Of a stretch of DNA of 64,000 bases, positions 37,986 to 50,221 are shown one piece after another. A program made the translations under genes and the position numbers. The notes under the pieces were generated by a model that saw only the letters and a list, made by a program, of their open reading frames with translations, did not search any database and was not told the DNA's origin. This stretch comes from Camelus dromedarius (taxonomy: Eukaryota): contig NC_087437.1 in assembly GCF_036321535.1 (NCBI RefSeq), forward strand, positions 13,394,001 to 13,458,000, written 5' to 3'. Numbering within the stretch: position 1 is the first letter of the stretch; each line of letters starts with the position of its first letter.

Positions 37986-39204
37986 GCATTCATCACACAA
38001 GGAAGCCATGTTTTCCTCTGGGGAAGTGGGGATGTGTGGGTTGCTATTGAAAATATTTAACCCCCAGTGCCATGTGCCACAGAGACCATACTTCCTGTCA
38101 TCTTTCACAGGAGGGTGAAGCTGAGGGGGGCCCTGCTAGGCGGGTGACTGGGGTGGGCACTCGCCTGTCTGGGACCTGGCACTGCCACCGGGACCGGCTC
38201 CTCCACCATAGTCCTGGCCACAGCGGGGGGTTGGGGGGGAGGCTGGCCGGCTCGTATGTGAAGAAGGGAGAGTCTGTGTGAGTCAGAGCAGACTGGCCAG
38301 TTGGCTGAGGGATACTGGGAGCACCCATGTGTCAAGGCCATAGGTATTTGAAGGATATTCAAGGTGGGCAAGGACAGTAATCCTGTAACCCCAAAGAAAC
38401 ACGTTGTACACATCTAACACAGTCTCACTGTTAGTTAAAATGGAGCTGCCAGTATGATGAGTAGCCAATTGGGATTTTTAAAAAAATTGTTTTCGGTAAA
38501 TATGAAAGCCCCAGAGAGGTCTTCCCGGTGAAACTTCCCGGTGATCATCTGGAGAAGCAGCGGGATTATCGGTTAGGCTTGGTGCCTGAGGCACCCCGGG
38601 CCCCTCACAGCCACACGTGATGCTAGTTCTTGACACTTCCTCTCGAAAAGGGGTTGGAAAAAGCACCACAATAAGAGGACATAAAATCACAGATTCCTAG
38701 AACCAGAGATAAAAAATGGCTTTGGAGGTCACCCAGTACCCAGTTCACATTCTGCTGAAGCTCAGCATGAAACCTCTGGGAGTAAAGATGGAAGAAGAGT
38801 TTTCTGGGAGGAAGGATTATGAATTTCTTTCTTAAATCCTGACTGAGAAAAATGTGTATTTTTCTTGTTATCTCCCATTACAAACAAAGTGAAAACTAGA
38901 ATTCTCCTCAGACGTGTAGATCTTCCATAAATATTTGGGTGGACTTTCTGTTGACAACACGTCTGCTGGCCTACAACAAGTCCAGACAGATTTGATGAGG
39001 AAAGGTTTTAATGAATATGAAATAAGCACAAGATTATTTGCCTTGGGGACCCATAATCTGGACAGCTAGAACCATCCATTATACATTCATTCAGTTATTT
39101 ATTCAGTCATCAGATGTTTGATCAGGAAGGCACAGAGTCCTCAAGGATGGATACGCTGTGGCTTTGGAGGTATTTGTAGGGGAAGTGATGGCAGGTGGTA
39201 GCCT

Positions 39205-39800
39205 CAGTGCGATCACAACCACCAGAGTGATTTTCTAATGTATTAATCAGACCATCTTGCTCTTCTGCTTACAATCCTCCAAAGGCTTCTTATGCTTAAA
39301 ATAAAACCCAGCACCCCCACAATGTTCTTTAGGACCTCCATGGTCTGGCCCCTGCTGCGCTCCCAAACCTACCTCTACCATTGTGTTCCTGCCCACTTTG
39401 CTCCAGCCGCACACATGGCACTTCTCGCTCTTCCTCAGAGAGTCTTGGCACATGCTGTTCCTTCTGCCTGGAACACTGTTCCCCCTACTATCTTCATCAG
39501 TCATTTCCTCACTTCAGTCAATCCTCTGCTTAAAAAGTTACCTCCTTGGAGAAGCTTCTACCAACTGTTGTATCTGAAATAGCACCATCGCACCCCAACG
39601 TGCTCCTTTTATTCTGCTTTATTATTATTCATGTTGTTACTCCTTGATAGTAAGTGGTTCCTTTATGTATTTGCCTCCTGGCCACCCCATCCATCCCCTG
39701 CCACCACCTGATCTGTCGTGTTCGTCAGCACGGGGAACAGTGCCTGGCCTACAGCGGACTCGTAAGAAAACATTTACTGAACGAGGAAATAAGTGAATGA
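39205..39800 (+). mobile_element. L2 3' region with tail
   Basis: CCAGAGTGATTTTCTAA...CATGCTGTTCCTTCTGCCTGGAACAC...CAGTGCCTGGC...ATTTACTGAACGAG. Confidence 0.85.
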
Positions 39801-39954
39801 AAGCAGAGCGATATAAGCACTGCGGTGGGGAAGAAACCAAGGAAGGGCGCATAAAGGCTAGTCAGGAGGCCCCGAGCTTCCCGTCTTCACTGGCCACTGC
39901 CCTCCCCTTGACAGTGCTCGCTCCTGCCCCCCGCCAGCCCGCAGCCGGGGTCTA

Positions 39955-40095
39955 GCGCGGTTCCAAACCTCCTCCTGCAAAAAAATATCTGGATTTTGGG
40001 GAAATACAGATCCTTACGTAGTAGGGCTGGGTGGGGCCTGAGATTCTGCTTTTCTAAGGATCTCGAAGGTGATGCCCACGCTGCAGGTCCACCGC
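39955..40095. mobile_element. MER5A-like MITE
   Basis: GGGTGGGGCCTGAGATTCTGCTTTTCTAA...AGGTGATGCCCACGCTGCAGGTCC. Confidence 0.7.
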
Positions 40096-40099
40096 GCAG

Positions 40100-40210
40100 A
40101 GGAAGAGGAGGTAACGAAGCCCCGCCCCTGCCCCCGCGAGTCCCCACCCCCGCCCCGCCCCACCTGTGGTCTCAGCCCAGGTGATCTTAGTCTGATCCGT
40201 GAAAGGCGAG
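40100..40210. promoter_or_regulatory. SP/KLF GC-box cluster in a small CpG-rich patch (candidate internal promoter or enhancer)
   Basis: Three CCCCGCCCC motifs and a CACCC within 40120-40161; CpGs retained over about 39750-40210. Confidence 0.55.
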
Positions 40211-40617
40211 GGGGAGAATCTGAGGAGGCTGTGAATCAGTTTGTCACCAGCAGTTCAGACAAACCCCCCACATCTCCTCATCTGAGGCTCTAGTTCATGC
40301 TGTTTTTTATTTTTAAGAAAGTTATTAAAGGGCAAAGAAACTAAAAAAATAACAAAACTCGGACTACCTGGTATTCTAGGGTTTACGATTTTTCGACTGT
40401 ATTTATTCAAATAAAACTTGTGTTCCCAGGTGTTGCTTTGCATTTCAAGGCAAAATAAAAAAGTTTGTCCTGGGTCCCCCTCCTCCCTTAAAATCACATA
40501 ATTTCAATTTCCATGTGTCTGATCTTTGCTAAGGAGTCAAAATAACAAAAGTTTTTTATTTGGATAGTTTCTTAATGCATTTTGGTATCAGTTTATAAAG
40601 GGTTATTTGTCCTTTTC

Positions 40618-40739
40618 ACTCTGTTTCTACTGGTAGTGGAAAAAGGCACCTGCTGGGACAGTCTGGTGATGAACTGTGAGCATGATCGCATAATTTCTTG
40701 AACAGCTCAGGGTCCTGGGTTAGCCACTGAAAAGTGATG
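40618..40739 (+). other. Candidate alternative first exon ending ATG|GTGAGT
   Basis: TATAAAG at 40594-40600, Inr-like TCACTCT at 40616-40622, ATG at 40737-40739 with G at -3, consensus donor at 40740-40745. Confidence 0.3.
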
Positions 40740-41109
40740 GTGAGTAATCTTTTCCTCTAGGAAATGAGAATTGTATTTTGGACAGAGTTAAAGATCCTTT
40801 GTCGATAGTCCTCCTGAAGATTTTCTTACCAGAACAAGAAAGTAGCTCCTCTCTGTGTTTCATTTATGATTTACATGAAAAGACTATGAAAGATATGCAA
40901 GAGACCGTATGGACTTCTTTTTGTTTTGTGGATAAGTTCAGAGAATCTCAGATCGGTTAGGTCATCAGCCTGGAACCGCACTGCTGAGCCCGGACTGCGT
41001 GTCCATCAGCCTTGAACTTTTCCTGCCTCCCTGTGATGCCTTGTTGTCACTGAAATTTAGACGTAGAAGCTATTTGACAAATAGGGAGGTGGTACCCATC
41101 TTTCTTTTG

Positions 41110-41240
41110 TGATGTCTTATAGTCCTTGATATGAAGGCGGGGGCTCACTTTATTATGTTTATTTCAGCCTTCATAGCTCCTTAACTGGGGCCTAGCATAT
41201 AGTAAACCCTCAGTAAATAGTTGCTGAATGAATGAATGCC
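41110..41240 (+). mobile_element. L2 3' tail
   Basis: GGCCTAGCATATAGTAAACCCTCAGTAAATAGTTGCTGAATGAATGAATG. Confidence 0.8.
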
Positions 41241-41760
41241 AAGTGCTATTTGCTAAGATGAATATTCCATTCTATGGAAACTTATTCCTGACTCACAAGT
41301 TGCAAAACCCGTATGCTAAGAAGAGACTAGGACACACTGTGGTTATGCTTCACTGGTCACGATTTTTTCCCTCGTAGTGTTTCACATCCTCCTTGTACTC
41401 TCAGGGTTTATTCTCCTTCCCACCCCACTCCCCCTCAACCCGAGAGGCACAGAGGCACCCCTGGCATCCTCATCCAGCATCCCTTAATAAAAAGCTTGGC
41501 CCTTCCTCTTACCACTACCTCTCTGCAGCCAGATACATGGAAGAGATGCAAGGCCCAGCACAGGGGCCCACTTTGTGAATGAAAGCTGTAATTTAAAGCC
41601 CAGACACCTGCTCACCACCTACCTGTTAGAATTCAGCATGGAAATCCGTCATTTTATAACCTCAAGGATACCTTATTAGATTAATGCATGTAATGTCCAT
41701 GTGATGTTTGGTGGGCTGCAGAAAAAAATAGCTGCCTGGAGGATCCATTTCATTGCAAGG

Positions 41761-41786
41761 TTGTTGTTGTTGTTGTTGTTGTTGTT
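41761..41786. repeat. (TTG)n microsatellite
   Basis: Read directly from the sequence. Confidence 0.9.
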
Positions 41787-41918
41787 CTGTGAGAGGGGTA
41801 TTTGGAGCACTAACTACCATTACAGTGGTATCAGAAGTGACCAGGCTTGGATGAGACTCTCTTCCATCTCACCTGCAGGCTTGGATCACCTATCCTTACA
41901 ACTCCACTTAAGAGTCAA

Positions 41919-42120
41919 ATTACAAGCATAGATTAAACAAAAAACAAACAGGTTTCTTCTGTATAGCACAGGGAACTATATTCAATATCTTGTAATAACC
42001 TTTAAGGAAAAAGAATATGAAAATGAATATGTGTACTTATATGCATGACTGAGACGTTGTGCTGTACATCAGAAATTGACACATTGTAACTGACTGTATT
42101 TCAAAAAATTAAAAAAAAAA
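41919..42120 (+). mobile_element. Short lineage-specific L1 3' end with poly-A
   Basis: CTGTATAGCACAGGGAACTATATTCAATATCTTGT...poly-A; possible TSD AAGAGTCA/AAGAGTTA. Confidence 0.9.
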
Positions 42121-42149
42121 AGAGTTAGCAGAATGCCATGGAAGCACAT

Positions 42150-42275
42150 ATGTACATCTTGAGACAGGGGCAATTGTTGTCCCCATTTTACAGATATGAA
42201 AACTGAGGTTCAGAGAAGTTAAAGTAACTTGCTGAAAGTTACACAGTTGATAACTAGTAAATTCAAGCCTAGGAT
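42150..42275 (-). mobile_element. MIR SINE
   Basis: CCCCATTTTACAGATATGAAAACTGAGGTTCAGAGAAGTTAAAGTAACTTGC. Confidence 0.85.
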
Positions 42276-43271
42276 GACAACTGTTTTTGTGGAAGAAATG
42301 TCAAATACGTTTAAATAACCTATTTTTTTTTAATTGAGAAAGGGATGCATAGAGCTTTATTATTAACTGAAATTTATAGGAGAGCCTCAGCACGTGTCCA
42401 TAGGAATCTGGATCTCCTGGTTCTTGTCATGTCAGAATATTTTCTCCTTATATTAATCCAAAAGTATCAATAAATTGTGATTATTGTCCCGAAGTTTCAA
42501 GAACTTTCTCAGTAAAAATATTCACTGAGGGAAAACAAAAATTACATGCATAAATGCTCTTTTTGAAGTTTCTATGTTTAGGAATCATAAGTTGCATTTT
42601 GAAATATTTGTCTTCTGAATCTATGTAGAAATTGACTATGTCTTTATTTCACAAATAAAAAATAAAAGGAGGTTCTGATGGAATTTCTCCTGGATGAGGT
42701 CTAATGCCATGGACAGAGATTGTAAATTTCCCAGTGGGTTTGGGAAATAGGATTTTACATTTTATCCATTTGCTGAAAGGGTATATCAGAAATGTCACAC
42801 GTAAAGTGCTTCTTTAGTTTCCTGAAACCTCTCTGGCTTCCCAACTCAAAAATGTTCAGTTTCTACTCTGCAGCCCAGAGTTGTTCAAACAATTGATCTT
42901 TCACATCTTCAAAAAGAATGCCTGCCAAAAGCCGATGGGTAATATGCAAATATTGTCTGGGAATTGCATTTGGTAGAGGAAACTGTAGTCTCCAGGACCT
43001 TTCGTTTCCCTGTGATCAAAAGGATCAAAGTATGTTCCAGCCCAGAGAGAGAACCTATTTTGGCATATCTTAAAACATAGATTTCCAAATATTTCAGACA
43101 AGTAGCCTAATCTAGAAAAATGGCTTTATCTTTCCTATTTCATTATTAATCATAGAATTTTCTTTTGGAAGCTAAAACCCAAAAGTAACATTGGACAGAG
43201 GAGAGAAAACTTGTTCTTTTGTTCTCTCAAAAATATATTTTTGTCACTTACATACTATACAAGACAATTTA

Positions 43272-44915
43272 TTTTTCTTTTTTATTGAAGTGTAGTTGAT
43301 TTACAGTGTTAAACATATATATATATATATATACACATATATATATATATATATTCTTTTCAGATTCTTTTTCATTATAGGTTATTATATTGAATATAGT
43401 TCCCTGTGCTATACAGTAGGTCCTTGTTATTTATCTATTTTATATATAGTAGCATGTATCTGTTAATTCCAGATTCCTAATTTATCCCTCCCCTATTCCC
43501 TTTTGATAACTGTAAGTTTGTTTTCTATGTCTGTGAGTCTATTTCTGTTTTGTATAAGTTCATTTGAATCATTTTTTTTTAGATTCCACATATAAGTGAT
43601 ATCATATTATATTTGTCTCTCTCTGTTTGATTTAGCTTAGTATAATAATCTCTAGGTCCATCTATGTTGCTCTAAGTGGCATTATTTCATTCTTTTTTTG
43701 GCTGAGTAATATTCCATTGCATATATATATATATCTATAGATATAGATATAGATATATATATATCTCACATCTTCTTTAGCCAATCATCTGTTGATGAAT
43801 GCTTAGGTTGCTTCTATGTCTTGGCTATTGTAAGTAGTGCTGCTTTGAACATTGGGGTGCATGTGTCTTTTTGAGTTAGAGTCTTCTCCAAATATAGGCC
43901 CAGGAGTGGGATTGCTGGATCATATGGTAACTCTATTTTTGATTTTTTAAGGAACCTCCATACTGTTCTCCATAGTGTCTGCACCAATTTACATTCCCAC
44001 CAACAGTGTAGTAGGGCTCCTTTTTCTCCACATCCTCTCCAGCATTTATCATTTGTATACTTTCTGATGACGGCCATTCTAACTGGTGTGAAGTGATACC
44101 TCATTGTGGTCTTGATTTGCATTTCTCTAATAATTAGCAGTGTTGCAATTCTTTTCATGTGCTTGTTGGCCATCTGTATGTCTTCTTTGGAGAAATGTCT
44201 ATTTAGAACTTGTGCCCATTGTTTGATTTGTTTGTGCTTTTTTTTTTAATATTGAGCTGTTTGAGTTGTTTGTATATTTTGGAAATTAATCCCTTGTCAG
44301 TCACATCATTTGCAAATATTTTTCTCCCACTCCATAGGTTGTCTTTTTATTTTGTTTATGGTTTCCTTTGCTGTGCAAAAGCTTTTAAGTTTAATTAGGT
44401 CACATTTGTTTATTCCTGGTTTTGTTTCCATTACTCTAGTGGGAGACAGATCTAAAAAAAAAATGCTGTAATTTATATCAAATTGTGTCCTGCCTGTATT
44501 TTCATCTAGAAGTTTTATAGTATCTGGTCTTACATTTAGGTCTTTAATCCATTTTGAGTTTATTTTTGTTTATGGTGTTAGAGAATGTTCTAATTCCATT
44601 TTTTTACATGTAGCTGTCCAGTTTTTCCCAGGCCATTTATCAGACTGTTTTTTCTCCATTGTGTTCCTTGCCTCCTCTGTCGTAGATTAATTGACCATAG
44701 TGTGTGGGTCTATTTCTGGGCTTTCTATCCTGTTCTGTTGACTGTGTGTCTGTTTTTGTACCAGTACCATACTGTTTTGATGACTGAAGCTTTGCAGTAC
44801 AGTCAGAAGTCAGAGAGTGTGATTCCTCCAGCTCTGTTTTTTTCCGAGATTGTTTTGGCCATTTGGGGTCTTTTGCATTTCCATACAAATTAAAAATTTT
44901 TTCCCCAGTTCTTGC
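43272..44915 (-). mobile_element. 5'-truncated L1 of about 1.64 kb
   Basis: L1 3' UTR plus ORF2 end; 13-bp TSD ACAAGACAATTTA (43259-43271) / ACAAGACAGTTTA (44916-44928). Confidence 0.95.
43579..44915 (-). pseudogene. Disrupted L1 ORF2p C-terminal region, including the Cys-rich CX3CX7HX4C motif
   Basis: ORF 43814-44173 reads [19 protein letters not shown]...[23 protein letters not shown]...[12 protein letters not shown]; stops, frameshifts and a TA expansion elsewhere. Confidence 0.9.
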
Positions 44916-45369
44916 ACAAGACAGTTTAAATACTGTGGTGTAGGTCAGGCTTTTTTTTTTTTTAAATAGCATTTAAGGGAATGAGAAAGAAGCAGAGAAA
45001 GGTTGGAAGATGAGACAGTTAATATATGGTTTCTGTTCTCATTGGCATTTACTTGTCTTTTTTATTGTTCTTCTGTGTTTACAGAAGTTCTTTTAGGAAT
45101 TAATCTCATGTCAGTCCTTTGAGATCACAGTAAATCATGTTAACAAACATAATTACAGGTGTTGATTTTATGGCTAAAAGACATATAATATTGAATATCT
45201 AGTTACAATAGGGAAACCAATTTGAAAACCAAGGATGAATTAAATATACTTAGGAGAAAATATTGACAACATGTGAAATCTCTCTTCCTCACAGTCTCAT
45301 AGGCAGGAATAGATGTAAACCCCATCAGTCTCACTAAGCAGGAGATGATATTCCATAACGTTTATGAAC

Positions 45370-45545
45370 CCGGGATTCTGAATTAGCAGATCTGGGTCCA
45401 AATCCAGGCTGTGCCACCAACTCAAGCAAGTTTCTCTGGGTCTTCATTCCTTCATCTGTGAAAGGGAATGCTGGTGGTTTGCACCTTTCTGGATAGCGCT
45501 GAGGGTGGAATAGGAGGATGTGATGTGTGTAAAGCATTTGGTCCG
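45370..45545 (+). mobile_element. MIR SINE
   Basis: AGATCTGGGTCCAAATCCAGGCTGTGCCAC...TTCATCTGTGAAAGGG...GTGTAAAGCATTT. Confidence 0.75.
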
Positions 45546-48096
45546 AAGTAAAGGCTTTTGTGTCAACCACTGCAGTTATAATCATCATTCTCACCACTGT
45601 GTTATCATTAATGTCAATCACTGGTACTGGAGTAGCAACCAGATGGTTGATGAGCCTGGGATGAATAAAAGTATTTCTGAAATGGGCAAAGACTCTTAAA
45701 CTGGAAATCTAAACAAAATGATCCATTCAATAAACCAGTACGTACAAGGTGTTTACCATATTTAGCAGTTAACCAGCCCCATTTTACGCTCTAGCCAGGT
45801 TACACAATTAACCCCCCATCCCTTCTCACTCAAGACTTGGCAAGAATTTTGCAGCCACTCCTTCCTCTGTGTCCAGCCCATTTATTTTATGCTCACTTTG
45901 TTTCTCTCATATGCTGCCTAGAGTTTAGACCCCTCTACCATTACCTGTGTCCAGTTAGCGCCACCTTTCCCTCGCAAACTCTCAAGTTCATTCTCCCTTT
46001 CTCCTTTGCTCCCACGCCCCATGCATCCACACATTTGTCTGCTGCAGAAGAGAACTTCTTTGGTTGCTGTCTCATCACCTGGTTTCCTGTCTGACTAAAT
46101 TTCCTTTTGCTTTTGTTCCTGGTGGGAAGAGCTATTTATTTTCCCCCAGGAAGTCAGGTTGTTGAGATGGGAAAATATGCTTCCTGCCTAAGTGCCACCA
46201 GGACAGTCCCCTGTCTGGAGAAAAATGAAACGCTCCCTTTGGTGGTGGCATTGTTCACTCTGAAGCACCCCTGGACCCATTCAGCATCCCCACTCAGGGC
46301 ACTCACACCGGGGGCATCGTTACCCCAGTGGGATGGCTCGCTCTCTTCCCATTGCTTGCTGCACATGGTGTTCGCCCCCAGAACACTAGCATCAAAAGAT
46401 TGCTGTTTTTCCTTCTTCTACGTCAACTATTTCCTATTTTACTTTTCCATTGTGTTTACTCAAAACAATGCAAGAGTTGAGATTTCCTAATTTACACCCC
46501 GTGTTTCTCCAACACAGGCATTCTGCAGCATGTACGAAGAACGGCTCACTGAAACAATTCTGTCTGCATTTTCCAATACCAGTGAAACCCGGGCAACACA
46601 AGTCTGAGATCTTTTATATTCCAGTCAGGCAGAATTCCAAGGCATGCTAGGGGTTCAGCAGCATCTTTGGGGAATGGAAGGAGAGATTAGGAAAGATCTA
46701 GATTTAGGAAAGAGAAACTAATGAGGCATTCAGGCTTTCCTCACCCCATCCAGGAAGGCGACAGCAGCTCAAATCAGAACGTCAGGCACGTGGTTTGATA
46801 CAGTGTGGCATTAACACCACACCTGTCTCGTCTGATGGGTAAATTGGAGCAGCAGCAGCTGGAATCTCAACCGTTAGCAAAGCCAGGTTTGAGCAATCAC
46901 AGCATCACAGTTCCTGGGGAGCCCTAGGGGTTTAGACCCAGCGTGAGCTCTAGCAAGTTCTAGAGAATTGAAGAAGAGGATTGACGAGGATAGGCAGGGG
47001 GTCGGATCCCCAAGGAACAGGGAGGTTCCTGGCAGGACCCCACCAGGGTTTGTAGAATGCAGATGAAGAAGGAAAGCATAACCATTTTCAAAAGACGAGT
47101 CCAACATGGAAGGACTTTATGGACTCCTCGGCGCCTGAGGGTTCTGCCCTCCTGAAACAGAGAAGGGAATCCCAGACTGCACTCCTAAAATTCTGCAGGA
47201 TGCTTCCACCCCTCTCTCCAGCCCAGTGGTCATCAATTCTTCCAGTCCAAGAGAACAGCCACACCAGGCTTCCAGTTTTGTATCTTATTTAACAGCACTG
47301 GGGTGCCACTTTTCCTGAAACACCTGCATCCAAATTTCCTGGGAATAAGCCTCTATTCTTACCTTACAACACTTCTCCAGACAAATCTTGGCACCAGCTC
47401 TTTGGGCTCTTTTCTGAGCGTGAGGCATAGTGATATCTGACCGAGGCTGGTCCTCAGTCTACAGGGCTTGCTTCTCTCAATAGTTTCCCAGGATCCTCCC
47501 ATCTGAACTGTCTGCCGTGGCCTTGTCCCATTTCTGCTGGTGACTCAGCCAATTTAGATAGTCTGCCTGGCCTATTCAGTCAGGATCAAAGCTGGATGAA
47601 CAATTCCCTTGAAAACTTTCTCCTTCCTCCCTTGTCAGGAACAAAGTTGATAAAGTTCCAGCCCTCTCTGTGAAGGCTCTGCATTTCCTGATAGTGGCCA
47701 AGGAACCAAAGGCAAAAGCAGATTGCATGGAGCTGGTCAGGAGAGCTGGTTCCCAGGACATCAAGTCCAAGAATCAATCTAGGTGGCATTTAAAGGACTG
47801 GACAGCGTTAGGAATTGGGCACGTTGGTAGGAAAATCTCGATGGTGCCCTGGCCTTGACCACAATATGTGTTGCATCTGTGTTTACACCTTTCTGTCTCT
47901 TTTCTGAGAATTTCCAGTCCTTTGGTCCAACTTTCTTACTGACTTTCTAGAAACATATTTAATAGTTCAAAATGAACTTGAGGTTCAGGTGGAATTCAGA
48001 ACTTTGATTTTGCCCCAGTCAGCAGCTCTCCATTCCCACACACTGGAATGTTTACAATTGCTTAAATGTACTCTTTTGCCTTCTTGACTTCGCTGG

Positions 48097-48100
<4 letters not shown>

Positions 48101-48134
<34 letters not shown>

Positions 48135-48150
48135 TGTGTGTGTGTGTGTG
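48101..48150. repeat. (TG)n microsatellite with one interruption
   Basis: Read directly from the sequence. Confidence 0.95.
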
Positions 48151-48304
48151 TTTTGCTTTCTAATGTGATCCATCTCCTCAACCCCTGCATGTCAAACGGC
48201 TTCTCATCTTCCTAGCTTGTGCCCATGGACCAGTTGGTAAACTCCTCTGAACCTTAGTTTCTTCAGCTGTGGAAGGAAGATAAGCTCTTTAATGGTGAGA
48301 GCGG

Positions 48305-48587
48305 GCTTGGTAATGCTGCAGTAATCAATGATTCCCCATATCTCAGTGGCTTAAAATGATAAACGTTTCTCATTCATGCTGTATCCAGCATGAGTCAGTA
48401 AGGGGATCTGCTTTTCCTAGTTACTCACTGACCCAGGAAGGCGGAGGTGGGGATGAGGGAGTCCTTAAAACTCACTTAAGTTCTGCTCTGAATTCATTAG
48501 CCAAAGTGATCATATGGTCACACCCAACTTCAAAGAGGGTGAGGAAGTGCACTGATGATTTTTTGAAGCACTGTGATGACAGCCACA
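48305..48587 (-). mobile_element. MLT1-type MaLR LTR, internally deleted
   Basis: ATCTCAGTGGCTTAAAA...TTCATTAGCCAAAGTGATCATATGGTCACACCCAACTTCAA...CAGCCACA. Confidence 0.7.
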
Positions 48588-48711
48588 CCTCCGTCAAGGC
48601 GCCTGGTAAACCCTGGGGTATCATACAGATGGCAGGTGATGTCACTATTCTTCCTCTTTGCATGGGCCAGCCTCAGTTTGGTGACGAGAGAGACAGAACA
48701 TGCATGAGTGA

Positions 48712-48712
48712 G

Positions 48713-48743
<31 letters not shown>

Positions 48744-48744
48744 A
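48712..48744. repeat. Compound (GC)n(CA)12 microsatellite
   Basis: Read directly from the sequence. Confidence 0.9.
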
Positions 48745-48769
48745 GATGAGAGAGAGAGAAGTGGTTTGC

Positions 48770-48960
48770 ATGGATTCTGCATCAGTTCAAGCCCTGCCTT
48801 AATCAGTTACCTACCCTGTGACCTTGGGAAAATTGATTAACTTCTCTGGGCCTTAATTTCTTCACCTGGAAAATGAAGACAGTATTGTAAGTTCCTTCAA
48901 GGTGGTTATGCATGTTACATGTTAGTGACCATGAAATTATCAGATGTCGTACCTGATGCC
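48770..48960 (+). mobile_element. MIR SINE
   Basis: CTGTGACCTTGGGAAAATTGATTAACTTCTCTGGGCCTTAATTTCTTCACCTGGAAAATG. Confidence 0.8.
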
Positions 48961-49839
48961 ATATACATATTTGCTTATTCAGATGGAATTATACAACTGG
49001 CGTTTTTCTTTTAATGTTAAGATGTGGTAGACTTCATATGTATATTTCTGTGTATATATATGTGCCTATGTGTGTGTATTCATCTTGCTTTTAAAAATAG
49101 CTGCACACTATTCTATTTTTTGGCCATATCTTAATTCTCTTACGCAGTTCAATTGATTGAAACTTCCTATAATACAAGAATATCTTGGTTTCATGAATCT
49201 CCATCCATTGAGCTATTTCCTGCTGCACATCCTCAGACGGAGTGTCTAGAGTTTGTGTCTAATGCCATTCAGTGGGGAAGTATTTGTCCAGATCTACTGA
49301 TAATTTAGTCCAGTCTCTGTTGTAACATCTTCATCTGGTGACAAACATTCTCTTAAGATTGTATTCCCCAGAGTTCCCCCAAATAGAAAGCACCGTGTTC
49401 TTAGGTTTAGTCCCAAATGGTTACTTTCCATTAATGGACTCAGCTCTGCTATAGGGTTCACGTAGACTATACCCCTTGCCTTCACCTGGTGACCACCACG
49501 CTTGTCCCCTTCACTCTTCTCCCCACAGTGCCTGGACCTGATACGTGTGCCGTGAACATTTCCTGAATGATGTAGCTCTGACTGCTTAGTGCCTCATATT
49601 CCTTATGGTTACGTCAACACTGCTTCTTTTAATATTTCATTTGAAGCCCAGTCTCGTCATTCTAGTCTCAGTTGGCTCATGCATAGCCTTTCTGACTCCT
49701 CCATCCCCCACCTCCCCAACTTATTTTTCTTCTTTGATGCTTTTTATAGCTTCTTTTGTATATACTGATAGCATACACAGAAGTAAATCTCCAGCTCAGA
49801 AAAAACGATCAGCTTTACATCCCAGGCAGGATGGGGCCA

Positions 49840-50221
49840 TTGCTTGTCGAGCTTTCCAGGGAGAAAACTAGAGATGGGACTTCGCGTGTGAGAAGTTCAT
49901 TAGCAAGAACTCTTGGGATCAACATTTATGGATGAGATGGGATGGGCTGAAGAGAGGGAGAAGTTAAACTGTGATGCAGACCCAGTGATGGCCTCAGTCA
50001 ACCCCATGGCAGCTCAGAGTTGTCCCAGATTGAGCCAATATGGCCACAACTGTATCCCCTACATTGGTCAGTCATTGGATGTAGGCTGTTCCTGGAAGGC
50101 CAAGTGACTGCTGTGGAGACAGTGCCTGAAGGGGATCCTCCTCTCCAGCAGCACTCCTGGTAGCTAGGACAAGCCCTTCACTGAAGGGCCATGTGGGTGG
50201 CAGATCACAGTGTCCACTACA
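49840..50221 (-). mobile_element. LTR16-like ERVL LTR
   Basis: CTCTTGGGATCAACA...GGTCAGTCATTGGATGTAGGCTG...CACAGTGTCCACTACA terminus. Confidence 0.75.
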
